From a virus (lineage: Duplodnaviria > Caudoviricetes): 64,000 nucleotides of DNA. Shown piece by piece: positions 1 through 7,887 of this stretch (positions are counted from its first letter, which is position 1; every line of letters begins with the position of its first letter). The DNA lies in IMG/VR virus record IMGVR_UViG_2585427716_000002, positions 32,001 to 96,000 of that record; one strand, given 5' to 3'. The position numbers and the translations under genes were made by a program. The notes beneath the pieces were generated by a model, which made no database searches, was not told where the DNA came from, and saw only the letters and a program-made list of their open reading frames with translations.

Positions 1-702
1 TGAACGTTGTTTAGAAACAGTATTGATTGCGTCATCAACTGTTTTAAGTTGAGCATTGAATCCTACAGTAGCAGTGTCAGCCGCATTATCTTTGAATTTT
101 GTTACGTCGATGTCAGATACTGCTTGTCCAGTAAGAAGTGTCGTACCGTCTGTATCTAAAGCACCAATTGCTGTAGCTGCCATGCTTTCAATGTTGACAG
201 AAAGCTGTTGACTGCTGTTAGCTCCGATTTGGAATGTTAATGATTTACCGCCAGCTTGCGAGAAATCGCCATTAAGAAGTTTTTTACCGTTAAATTCAGT
301 ACGGTCGGAGATACCGTTAGCGTTTGCTCCGCCACCGATTTCTTCAACTAGAGATTTGATCTCATCTTGGATCGCTCCAAGATCTGTACCATCTTGTGTA
401 CCTGTGTTTCCAGCTTGAACAACTAGTTCACGAACACGTTGAAGAATAGAGTGAGTTTCAGTTAATGCACCCTCAGCTGTTTGGATAAGTGAGATTCCGT
501 CTTGAGAGTTTTTAGAAGCCATATCAAGACCTCTGATTTGTCCTCTCATTTTTTCAGAGATCGCAAGACCAGCCGCGTCATCTCCCGCACGGTTGATACG
601 AAGACCAGAAGAAAGTTTCTCCATGTTCTTTTGTGCCGCACCGTTGTTTGCGCCTAAACGGTTTAATGTGTTAAGTGCTGCGATATTGTGGTTAATTCTC
701 AT
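1..702 (-). CDS. hag: Flagellin (3' end runs off the window edge; not in the ORF track)
   Basis: ATG at 702 after SD GGAGG. Translates MRINHNIAALNTLNRLGANNGAAQKNMEKLSSGLRINRAGDDAAGLAISEKMRGQIRGL...TEFNGKKLL...FQIGAN...AINTVSKQRS, the canonical flagellin N-terminus with a short variable region. 234 codons are visible. Confidence 0.98.
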   Translation of the reverse strand, partial: MRINHNIAALNTLNRLGANNGAAQKNMEKLSSGLRINRAGDDAAGLAISEKMRGQIRGLDMASKNSQDGISLIQTAEGALTETHSILQRVRELVVQAGNTGTQDGTDLGAIQDEIKSLVEEIGGGANANGISDRTEFNGKKLLNGDFSQAGGKSLTFQIGANSSQQLSVNIESMAATAIGALDTDGTTLLTGQAVSDIDVTKFKDNAADTATVGFNAQLKTVDDAINTVSKQRS

Positions 703-922
703 TTTTTGTTACCTCCGTGTAATGTTTTTTGGAAACCTCTTCGATATCCTTATCTGGCGAGATTTCCGTCCGATGAATTCGAAACTCTTTTGGAGCGTCT
801 ATAGCAATTCTCACTTGATTTTTTCTATCTTTGATCTTGAGGACCGTAATCTTAATCTCATTCCCTATTGAATCTGTTATAATGAAAGATTCTTCGTATT
901 GTCTAGATATTACAAGTGCCAT
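692..922 (-). CDS. csrA: Divergent CsrA/RsmA-family RNA-binding translational regulator (76 aa)
   Basis: MALVISRQYEES...IKITVL...QVRIAIDAPKEFRIHRTEI matches the CsrA pattern (LVLSR, VxLGIDAP, IHRxE). ATG at 922 follows SD AAGGAGGAG (931-940). The gene overlaps the hag start by 11 bp. Confidence 0.9.
   Translation of the reverse strand: MALVISRQYEESFIITDSIGNEIKITVLKIKDRKNQVRIAIDAPKEFRIHRTEISPDKDIEEVSKKHYTEVTKNEN
709..722 (-). promoter_or_regulatory. CsrA-type site over the hag SD
   Basis: TTAC-ACGGAG-GTAA hairpin with an ANGGA loop, lying inside the csrA coding sequence. Confidence 0.6.
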
Positions 923-930
923 GCTATTTT

Positions 931-964
931 TCTCCTCCTTGAGCTTGTCATTCATCCCTGACAA
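931..964 (-). promoter_or_regulatory. Two CsrA-type GGA sites in the operon leader
   Basis: Hairpin TTGTCA-GGGATGAA-TGACAA (945-964) and CTC-AAGGAG-GAG covering the SD. Confidence 0.6.
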
Positions 965-969
965 TTAAT

Positions 970-996
970 ATATCGACGATGGGTATTAAATGTTTA
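970..996 (-). promoter_or_regulatory. SigD (sigma28) promoter for csrA-hag
   Basis: TAAA-N15-GTCGATAT versus consensus TAAA-N15/16-GCCGATAT, with an A/T-tract UP-like element upstream (about 1000-1020). Confidence 0.85.
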
Positions 997-1027
997 TAGA
1001 TTTTCTTTAAAAAATTTTTCAACAAAT

Positions 1028-1051
1028 AAAAACCGCCCGTAAAGGCGGTTT
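1028..1051 (-). terminator. Intrinsic terminator after the endolysin
   Basis: AAACCGCC stem / GGCGGTTT followed by a T-run on the minus strand. Confidence 0.8.
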
Positions 1052-1062
1052 AATGTCCCACT

Positions 1063-2268
1063 TTAAAACATCACATTCCATGTATTGTATCCAACAATAC
1101 CGTCTACTCCCAAGAAAGGGAATTTAGATTGGTAGTTCTTTACAGCCTTTTCTGTCGCTGCACCGAAGTCACCGTCTACACTAATCTTCAATGCTCTTTG
1201 AATCGCTTCAACGTCTTTGCCGTGTGCCCCTCTTTTTACAGGAGAGCCTGGGTATGGTCTGACAGGCTTATGTTTAAGGTACTCAGCTAGCCGAGCGTCT
1301 ACCTTTTTCATTGATGTTTTCTTTGCAGTATTGGAAGATGGTGTACTTGCACTCTTATACCCAACAAGGACTTTTTGACCAACCTGCAATTTAAGTGGAT
1401 TAATTCCTGGGTTTAACTTTTCAATGTTTGCTACTGTGGTTTTGTAGTCGACTGCTAAGTGTGAAAGTGTTGGACTATTCTTAGAGATTGTCCCATAGAT
1501 TGGACTCTTACCACTATCTGTGGTTTTACTTTCCTCCTGGATAAGTAATGTGCTTCCAATTTGAAGAGCAAGAACATCGATCTCAGGATTTAATGCTTTT
1601 AGTTTTGCCACTGTAGTTCCATACTCATTTGCAATTTTATACAGAGTATCTCCTGAAACCACCTTATGTGTCTTCCCACTTTTTACAGACGCTGTTTGTG
1701 GTTTTGCTGATTTACCGGAACACTCTTTGTATTCGGCGGCCACATCAGTTATCAGCTGGTTGTAAGTTTTACCGATATGTTTCAGACCGTTAGATGGATC
1801 AATTTTACGCTTAGGGTCTAAAGTTTCGTGACCCACAATATCACGTTTAGGGTCTAAGCCGAACTTATAGCAAAGATAAGCTAAAATCCAAACATATCGA
1901 GCATAAGATTTTGCTCCATCGATGTTCCCTCCCCAACATAACTCAACTCCGATCGCTGCGTCATTTGCGTCCGCACCAAACATTCTATTATCTGTTGTTA
2001 CATTGTAGATAACATGGTATGCTCGTTCAGGCGTTCCAAGTACCGCTGGAATGCACTCTCTGATACACTCGTCATCGACAAAAATTTGGGCACTTGCTGC
2101 AATGGTTGGTGAGTTTCGATAATAGTTAATATTACCTTTCGCTGTAGATCCTGGGTTTCCAGTGTCGTGGGCTACAAGGAATCTTACGTTTATCTTTCCT
2201 CCAGGACGTCTTTTAGTGCCTGTAGGCAATAAATCTGAAATAATATCGTATTTCATCTTAAAACTCAT
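1063..2268 (-). CDS. Endolysin: N-acetylmuramoyl-L-alanine amidase (Amidase_2) + 2 LysM + PG_binding_1
   Basis: Amidase motifs VAHDTGN, IGVELC, IVGH, KIDP; LysM HKVVSGDTLYKIA...LNP; C-terminal VEAIQRAL...DGDFGAATEKAVKNYQ...DGIVGYNTW. Confidence 0.92.
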   Translation of the reverse strand: MSFKMKYDIISDLLPTGTKRRPGGKINVRFLVAHDTGNPGSTAKGNINYYRNSPTIAASAQIFVDDECIRECIPAVLGTPERAYHVIYNVTTDNRMFGADANDAAIGVELCWGGNIDGAKSYARYVWILAYLCYKFGLDPKRDIVGHETLDPKRKIDPSNGLKHIGKTYNQLITDVAAEYKECSGKSAKPQTASVKSGKTHKVVSGDTLYKIANEYGTTVAKLKALNPEIDVLALQIGSTLLIQEESKTTDSGKSPIYGTISKNSPTLSHLAVDYKTTVANIEKLNPGINPLKLQVGQKVLVGYKSASTPSSNTAKKTSMKKVDARLAEYLKHKPVRPYPGSPVKRGAHGKDVEAIQRALKISVDGDFGAATEKAVKNYQSKFPFLGVDGIVGYNTWNVMF

Positions 2269-2283
2269 ACGGCATAACCCCTT

Positions 2284-2595
2284 CTACTTTTTGTTGTTTT
2301 CAGGATCAAAATTATCCCCATCTTGATCCGCAGTCACATTATAAGTTGGAGTCTTGCCCTCTTCTCGTTTACTGCGGAAAGGTTCTGCGACAAAGTTCGC
2401 CACATTCATACCGACAATACTAAAAATCAAGACTTTGACTAAGTCTAGTAAATTAGCTGTAATATCTCCGTTATTGAAATGTGAATAGAGGGCGTAACCG
2501 AATCCGGCTAACGCCATCACAACCAATACTGAAAATCTTGTCTCGTCTACTGACAACCCATCTTTCCAGTAGCTACCTTTTTTAACCTTCTTCAA
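2284..2595 (-). CDS. Probable holin (2 TM)
   Basis: Two hydrophobic segments, a charged tail, and position directly upstream of the endolysin. Confidence 0.7.
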   Translation of the reverse strand: MKKVKKGSYWKDGLSVDETRFSVLVVMALAGFGYALYSHFNNGDITANLLDLVKVLIFSIVGMNVANFVAEPFRSKREEGKTPTYNVTADQDGDNFDPENNKK

Positions 2596-2596
2596 A

Positions 2597-2962
2597 CTAT
2601 CCCCTCCTTTGCAGTTCTTCCCTTAGTTGGTTGTTAACCATAGTTAAGGAGTGTACTTGTCTCTCCAACGCTTCGTTCCGAGTCGTTAGTTGCTGTACTT
2701 GAGTCTCTAAAGAGAGATTAGATTTTGTTAAACGTTCCACCTCTGATGTTAGCCCTTTAACTTGATTTTGGTAGGCTAACATCATCTCTTTTAATTCAGT
2801 TCTAAACTGCTTTTCGTCCTCAGAAAGTAACTGACGATCATTGATAGTCAAATCCTTCTTGCTAGAGTTACGGGCTACCAGGTAACCGAACCCCCCTGTG
2901 ACAAACATCCCTAGAACAGAAGCAATAGCGGAAATAAAGCTGTCTTTCATCTCAACCGTCAC
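2597..2962 (-). CDS. Lysis-cassette membrane protein (N-terminal TM + coiled coil)
   Basis: One TM followed by a heptad-rich region; abuts the holin. Confidence 0.6.
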   Translation of the reverse strand: MTVEMKDSFISAIASVLGMFVTGGFGYLVARNSSKKDLTINDRQLLSEDEKQFRTELKEMMLAYQNQVKGLTSEVERLTKSNLSLETQVQQLTTRNEALERQVHSLTMVNNQLREELQRRG

Positions 2963-3009
2963 CTACCTTTACCACTAAATATAGAGTCGTGCGCCGATCC
3001 TACCAACAC

Positions 3010-3053
3010 TTGACACTTAACATAATCTCTTGTATAATTGTGTTATGTTAAGT
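3010..3053 (+). promoter_or_regulatory. Consensus SigA promoter overlapped by an 11-bp inverted repeat
   Basis: TTGACA(3010)-N17-TATAAT(3033); ACTTAACATAA (3015-3025) and TTATGTTAAGT (3043-3053). Confidence 0.85.
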
Positions 3054-3069
3054 CGAAAGGGATGATTCC

Positions 3070-3927
3070 TTGAATTACGCTAATAGATTTGAAACACATA
3101 TGAGAGTAGAAAAAGACTTATCTGATAACACAATCTCCAACTATATGAGGGACCTTGGCAAATTTACCGACTACATAGATGTCGATCTGATAGATGTCAC
3201 CCCGGACCATGTACGAACCTTTATCTCACACCTCTCCAAAAATGGTTTAAAGCGCAACTCCATTAACCGGGCACTTTACTCACTTAAATCCTTTTATAAG
3301 TACCTCAAGGAGGTAGAAGGAGTCATACAAGCTACCCCCACTGATGGGATAAAGGTAGGTTCTCGTGAAAAATCGTTGCCTAAATTTCTCTCAAAAGAGG
3401 ATGTGTTACGTCTTTTGGAAACTGCCAGCAGAGAAGGAGTAAGAAGCCGCCTTTACGTAGAGCTTTTGTATGGATTGGGTGGCCGTGTCGCTGAGGTTGC
3501 TGCCTTACGTGTCGAAGACATAGATTTTGAAGGTAATTATATCCGTCTGAGGGGTAAAGGAAATAAAGAAAGGCATAACCCAATACACGAAAGCTGTATT
3601 CAACTTATACGGCAATATATCAAAGATCTAGGGATAACCTCAGGATTTTTATTCCCGCATAGGTTCGATAAATCAAGACATGTAACAAGGGAAGCGATAT
3701 TCCTCAATATAAAAAATATTGCTGATAAAGCCGGTATAGATAGAAACCTCGTCAGCCCTCACGTCTTCCGGCACAGTTTTGCCACACACTTGTTGGATAA
3801 TGGATGTGACATGGCCATTGTCCAAGAGTTTTTAGGGCATGAGGACATCTCAACAACTAAGATTTATGCCAAGGTTACAAGAGGAAACAAATCAAATAAT
3901 TATAAAAAATTCCACCCTCTTGCCTGA
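3070..3927 (+). CDS. XerC/XerD-like tyrosine recombinase
   Basis: SAM-like N-terminus (LSDNTISNYMRDL); catalytic motifs GGRVAE, GKGNKER, HVFRH, LGH, TTKIY; 285 aa, with no N-terminal arm-binding domain. Confidence 0.93.
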   Translation: MNYANRFETHMRVEKDLSDNTISNYMRDLGKFTDYIDVDLIDVTPDHVRTFISHLSKNGLKRNSINRALYSLKSFYKYLKEVEGVIQATPTDGIKVGSREKSLPKFLSKEDVLRLLETASREGVRSRLYVELLYGLGGRVAEVAALRVEDIDFEGNYIRLRGKGNKERHNPIHESCIQLIRQYIKDLGITSGFLFPHRFDKSRHVTREAIFLNIKNIADKAGIDRNLVSPHVFRHSFATHLLDNGCDMAIVQEFLGHEDISTTKIYAKVTRGNKSNNYKKFHPLA

Positions 3928-3950
3928 TAGCATTATAGTTTAATCGAACT

Positions 3951-3986
3951 AAAAAATAGCCTTACCCACGAAGGGTAAGGCTATTT
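3951..3986. terminator. Terminator between convergent genes
   Basis: AATAGCCTTACCC-ACGAA-GGGTAAGGCTATT with a flanking A-run. Confidence 0.8.
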
Positions 3987-3990
3987 CCAT

Positions 3991-6900
3991 TTACATAATA
4001 TAGGCGTAAGGGTAAGCTGTTATTACTTCGATACCGGAGCTTAAATCGTTAGATATTTTTATCACAGCTATCGCTTTAAGATCAGAATTGTTACTAACCC
4101 TGATTCTGATTACGCCGGTTAATTCAGAGTATTCATATATATTAATTGTACTAACAAGATCCCCTTCGCCAAATGACTGAATTTCTACTGATCCGGTTAA
4201 TTCACTTACTTGGTTTATTGTAAGGGAGCCATAGATATCAAGAGATTCAAAGAATCGAACAGACACATGGGATGGTAAGTCACCAGTACCCCAATTACGA
4301 ACTGAAATTGAAGCACTTAATTGGCCTCCATCGATCCAAGGGTCATTCCATGCTCTGATTTCTGCGGAAGCCGCTACATCACAAGAATCTGATTTTCTGA
4401 TATCAATTAAGCCTAATTTATCTTGATACCTAGATTTATTCACAGACACAGTTGAAGGTAGACTATCTGTATATCTAATAAACCCATCGATCGACAGGTT
4501 AGAGTCCTGAGCTAACCGAACAATAATGTTACTAGGTAACTCGTGACCCATATTGACACGGACGCCGACACTAGATCCTAGGTTACCGGAAGCTATCCCT
4601 AGATAAGACATAAAATCAGATACACGTCTCACCCGCACCGACAGCGATCCGACTAAGTTTTTAAGCCCATTGTTGGGAACAGTCAACGAAGATTGAAGGT
4701 TACCTGAGAGAATAGTAACCGTAGAATACTTATCAGCACTCATTCGTAGATTTACAGTTGAGGGTAGCTCTTCTCGGTCTCCCTGTGGAACATGTATTGC
4801 AGAAACCAAGTCGTTAGAGAGGCTTCTTCGAACGACAACTTGCCCGCCTAGTAAAGATTTTTCGTATACTTTAATATACGATTTTAAGTTAGGGTTTCCT
4901 ATGTTACCTTTCCCAGGAAGATCATTTCTATAACGGACATAAACGGAAGATTGTTGATCCCCTTTACCTTCTGCCCGTACTACGATTGAACAAATAAACT
5001 GAGCACTCTCTTTTATCTCCAGTGTCCCATAGAGTTCAAAATTTCTTGTTACCCTAAAACCAGCAGTTAGGTTATCTCTAGTGTTTTCTCCGTTAGATGT
5101 TACCCGTACCGATAACTGTGAATCGAAATCTTCCCTATTCAATACATAAATACTTGAATCTTTGTTCGTCTCAGATATACTGAGATTTGAAACTAGCTGC
5201 CCTCCGTCCTGATCCGAGTCTCCCCACACCCTGACCTGTAGACTACCTTTTAGATCATTTCTGTACAGGACATAGACTTCACCTAGTTTATCCTTCTCAT
5301 TGGCTGCAATAAAGCTCGATAGATCCGTCGAACTCTTTTGTCTAATTGAAATATACCCATCTTTAAAATCGTAATGCCCACCGAATCGGGGTGTTACAGA
5401 TCCACTTAATTGAGGACGGCTTACTACAATTCGTGAAGTTATGTCTCCTGGAGCCTTGACATACATGTCTCCCGGGACATCTTCCCAAAAGTTGTACTGC
5501 TTGACCTTTACTTGAGATTTTAAATCCTTTTCTGTTGAATTCCTAATGCTCAATTCGGATAATAGGTGGCTATCGTCGATTGTGTATACAACCATGTCAT
5601 AATATTCGACTAGCAATTCAGGCCGTCTTTCGGTGTTTTCTCTAGTATAGAAGCCTTTCATGAGGCTTCCTAGCTCATTAACTGCCTTTAGCATAAAACC
5701 GAAATTCGCTTTTTTGCCGCTATGCCAATCCTTGACAAGAGGAGTTACATCAATTTCTGTGTACTTTCCGGTCGTATTGTCGAGCACATAAGTCGTAGAG
5801 AACCCTTCTTTAGCGACCCTAGGTTGAGAATCCCAGGTTACACTAAGCTCATTCCACTGGTCCATTAATTCATTTATCTGAACTGCTTGACTTACGCCTC
5901 TCCCGTCATTGTAGATACGGAGGATTGCTTTACCGATCTCTGTGTTATCCTGTGGCACTTCATTAATATCGAATCCAACAAGAGACCTAAACGTCTCAGG
6001 AAAAGGTGATTGGACCTTTCCTACATACATTTGCGTTTCGGTACCGTAATTAATCTTAGGGAGATACGATCGTACAAAAGCGTCTCTCACAGAATAAAGA
6101 GTCTTTATAACTTTTGGTCGTTCTCTCAAGTCGTACCTAGCCACCATACCGCCTTTTGGCGTCAATCTGATCATAGATTTTAGATCAGAAACTTCCTTAA
6201 TGCTAAGCTGAGAAGTTAGCCAACCAAAATAGATAGGGGTTATATCGTACTCGGCCTGTAAATGTGTTTTTAGGTTTATAAAAATTTCAGAAGGAAGCTC
6301 ACTAAACTCCTTGATACCTAGGTATGTTGGGAGTTCATTTAAGTAAGTAGGGGTTAACTCGTATTTAGCACCCATCGATGACTGGGTCGGTATTGAGATC
6401 GTTGAGAGAATATCACTTTTGGCTGGTACAGTGATGTCTCCCTTTAAGTCATCTAAGTGTATGCCTTGAATCTGATAAGTCGCTGTGACTAAAGTTCTTG
6501 TATTAACCTTAACAACACTCAGCATATCCTTAGTGGAATAAACTGTAATGTCTGACAGCATGTCGTCTTTGGCTATGCCGTCAATAGCGTACTTTATTTC
6601 CATATGCCTATTCGTTATTAGATTTACACCGACTACCGATGGCAAGTCTGCTCCGGTCTTAACTAAGACTTCCCCACCCAAATCTGATCCGCCTACCTGC
6701 TGAGAAGCGTACCTAGCAGACATCCTTATTTCTTGCAAGCTTACTGTAATGTTCGAAAGCAGGTTAGGCGAAACAACTTTCAAGGTAGACTCTAAATCCT
6801 CAACATGTAGCGGGTTAACCCCGTACCTTGACTTAAACGTTGCAATCGATGTGACGGATATACTCGAAAGCAGGTTATTGTGATTAGTTACCCTTAGGGA

Positions 6901-7845
6901 GCTTTGTAGATTATCCTCTGTAGAAATTTCAATCCCGTATTTGCCCCGCATAGAGACAATGGGATTTACAACTACTGTTCCTTTTACATCCCTACATTCC
7001 TTAACGTTTGCAGTTGAAGATAAATCGTCAAACTCTTTTTTTATTATTCTATATTTACTTTCCAGGTAACCAGTTATACCTATTCGGAGTGTACTTTGCA
7101 GTTCATCCCTGTAAAGGATTAAACCCCTGCCTCTTATTTCACTTTCCTGTCCACCACTTAGCATTCCTTGGTCATAGCTATCGGATATCTCGTCGAACGT
7201 TAGGGGTCTGTTGTATAAACGCAGGACGGATATCTGTCCTTCGAAATACGATTGGTTTCCGGCACAATATTTTCCAACCGCAAGGTCACAAGAGTCAGCC
7301 TTATAGTCGCCTGCCTCAGGTAAACTGAACCCCTCGGGAGCTGCATTTCTTAATCCCCAAAGCCTCTCACCGTCAAATACTAATGCGATGTGCGTCCATT
7401 TTTTAACCGCCACCCCATTAAAAGTAAAGCGACAGTTTTGCGACTCCGTTGTAATCTGTGCCCTAAACTCATTGGAATTTTGATCGTAGTACAGGGAGAA
7501 CCCTTGTTCATCTTCTTTACCAAAAGAAAGGATATACCCTGTGTTGGACGGTCTAATCCAAGCCTCCAGGGTAAATCCTTCATTTCTCGGTATTAGCTCT
7601 TCAAATCTATCAACAGTCGTGTAGTTAGACGAACCATTTAGACTAAGGGAGTAAGGGTCTCCATTTATATTCTCTCCGACCCAACCCCTGTCCGTAGAAA
7701 AATCAAAATTTGTTAAAGTAGCGCTATGATTTTTATACGTCAAGTCAAACCATGTCTCTGTAGGACGGCTATTCAAACCCTGACTCTTACCGTTGTCCGC
7801 TAAAGCAGCATGTAAATGTAGTATTAACCCATTCAAAGGATACAT
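3991..7845 (-). CDS. Large virion appendage protein: LamG/concanavalin-like N-domain, DNRLRE-like domain, many short beta repeats
   Basis: LamG motifs FTLEAWIRP, WTHIALVFDG, YFEGQISVLRLYNRPLT; DNRLRE-like DAFV..NYG..RSLVGFD..W.E..VTW..QP..RPELLVEY; recurring DLxSxIxV. Confidence 0.7.
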   Translation of the reverse strand: MYPLNGLILHLHAALADNGKSQGLNSRPTETWFDLTYKNHSATLTNFDFSTDRGWVGENINGDPYSLSLNGSSNYTTVDRFEELIPRNEGFTLEAWIRPSNTGYILSFGKEDEQGFSLYYDQNSNEFRAQITTESQNCRFTFNGVAVKKWTHIALVFDGERLWGLRNAAPEGFSLPEAGDYKADSCDLAVGKYCAGNQSYFEGQISVLRLYNRPLTFDEISDSYDQGMLSGGQESEIRGRGLILYRDELQSTLRIGITGYLESKYRIIKKEFDDLSSTANVKECRDVKGTVVVNPIVSMRGKYGIEISTEDNLQSSLRVTNHNNLLSSISVTSIATFKSRYGVNPLHVEDLESTLKVVSPNLLSNITVSLQEIRMSARYASQQVGGSDLGGEVLVKTGADLPSVVGVNLITNRHMEIKYAIDGIAKDDMLSDITVYSTKDMLSVVKVNTRTLVTATYQIQGIHLDDLKGDITVPAKSDILSTISIPTQSSMGAKYELTPTYLNELPTYLGIKEFSELPSEIFINLKTHLQAEYDITPIYFGWLTSQLSIKEVSDLKSMIRLTPKGGMVARYDLRERPKVIKTLYSVRDAFVRSYLPKINYGTETQMYVGKVQSPFPETFRSLVGFDINEVPQDNTEIGKAILRIYNDGRGVSQAVQINELMDQWNELSVTWDSQPRVAKEGFSTTYVLDNTTGKYTEIDVTPLVKDWHSGKKANFGFMLKAVNELGSLMKGFYTRENTERRPELLVEYYDMVVYTIDDSHLLSELSIRNSTEKDLKSQVKVKQYNFWEDVPGDMYVKAPGDITSRIVVSRPQLSGSVTPRFGGHYDFKDGYISIRQKSSTDLSSFIAANEKDKLGEVYVLYRNDLKGSLQVRVWGDSDQDGGQLVSNLSISETNKDSSIYVLNREDFDSQLSVRVTSNGENTRDNLTAGFRVTRNFELYGTLEIKESAQFICSIVVRAEGKGDQQSSVYVRYRNDLPGKGNIGNPNLKSYIKVYEKSLLGGQVVVRRSLSNDLVSAIHVPQGDREELPSTVNLRMSADKYSTVTILSGNLQSSLTVPNNGLKNLVGSLSVRVRRVSDFMSYLGIASGNLGSSVGVRVNMGHELPSNIIVRLAQDSNLSIDGFIRYTDSLPSTVSVNKSRYQDKLGLIDIRKSDSCDVAASAEIRAWNDPWIDGGQLSASISVRNWGTGDLPSHVSVRFFESLDIYGSLTINQVSELTGSVEIQSFGEGDLVSTINIYEYSELTGVIRIRVSNNSDLKAIAVIKISNDLSSGIEVITAYPYAYIM

Positions 7846-7887
7846 CTATATCACGTCCAATCCCATTGTATTGAGACGACTTTCTCG

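Noticed and set aside
593-871. 92-aa plus-strand ORF
   Set aside because: Antisense to hag and csrA, which have clear homology and expression signals.
923-964. 14-aa N-terminal extension of CsrA in the ORF track
   Set aside because: The strong SD precedes ATG 922, and 964 is at about the predicted transcription start.
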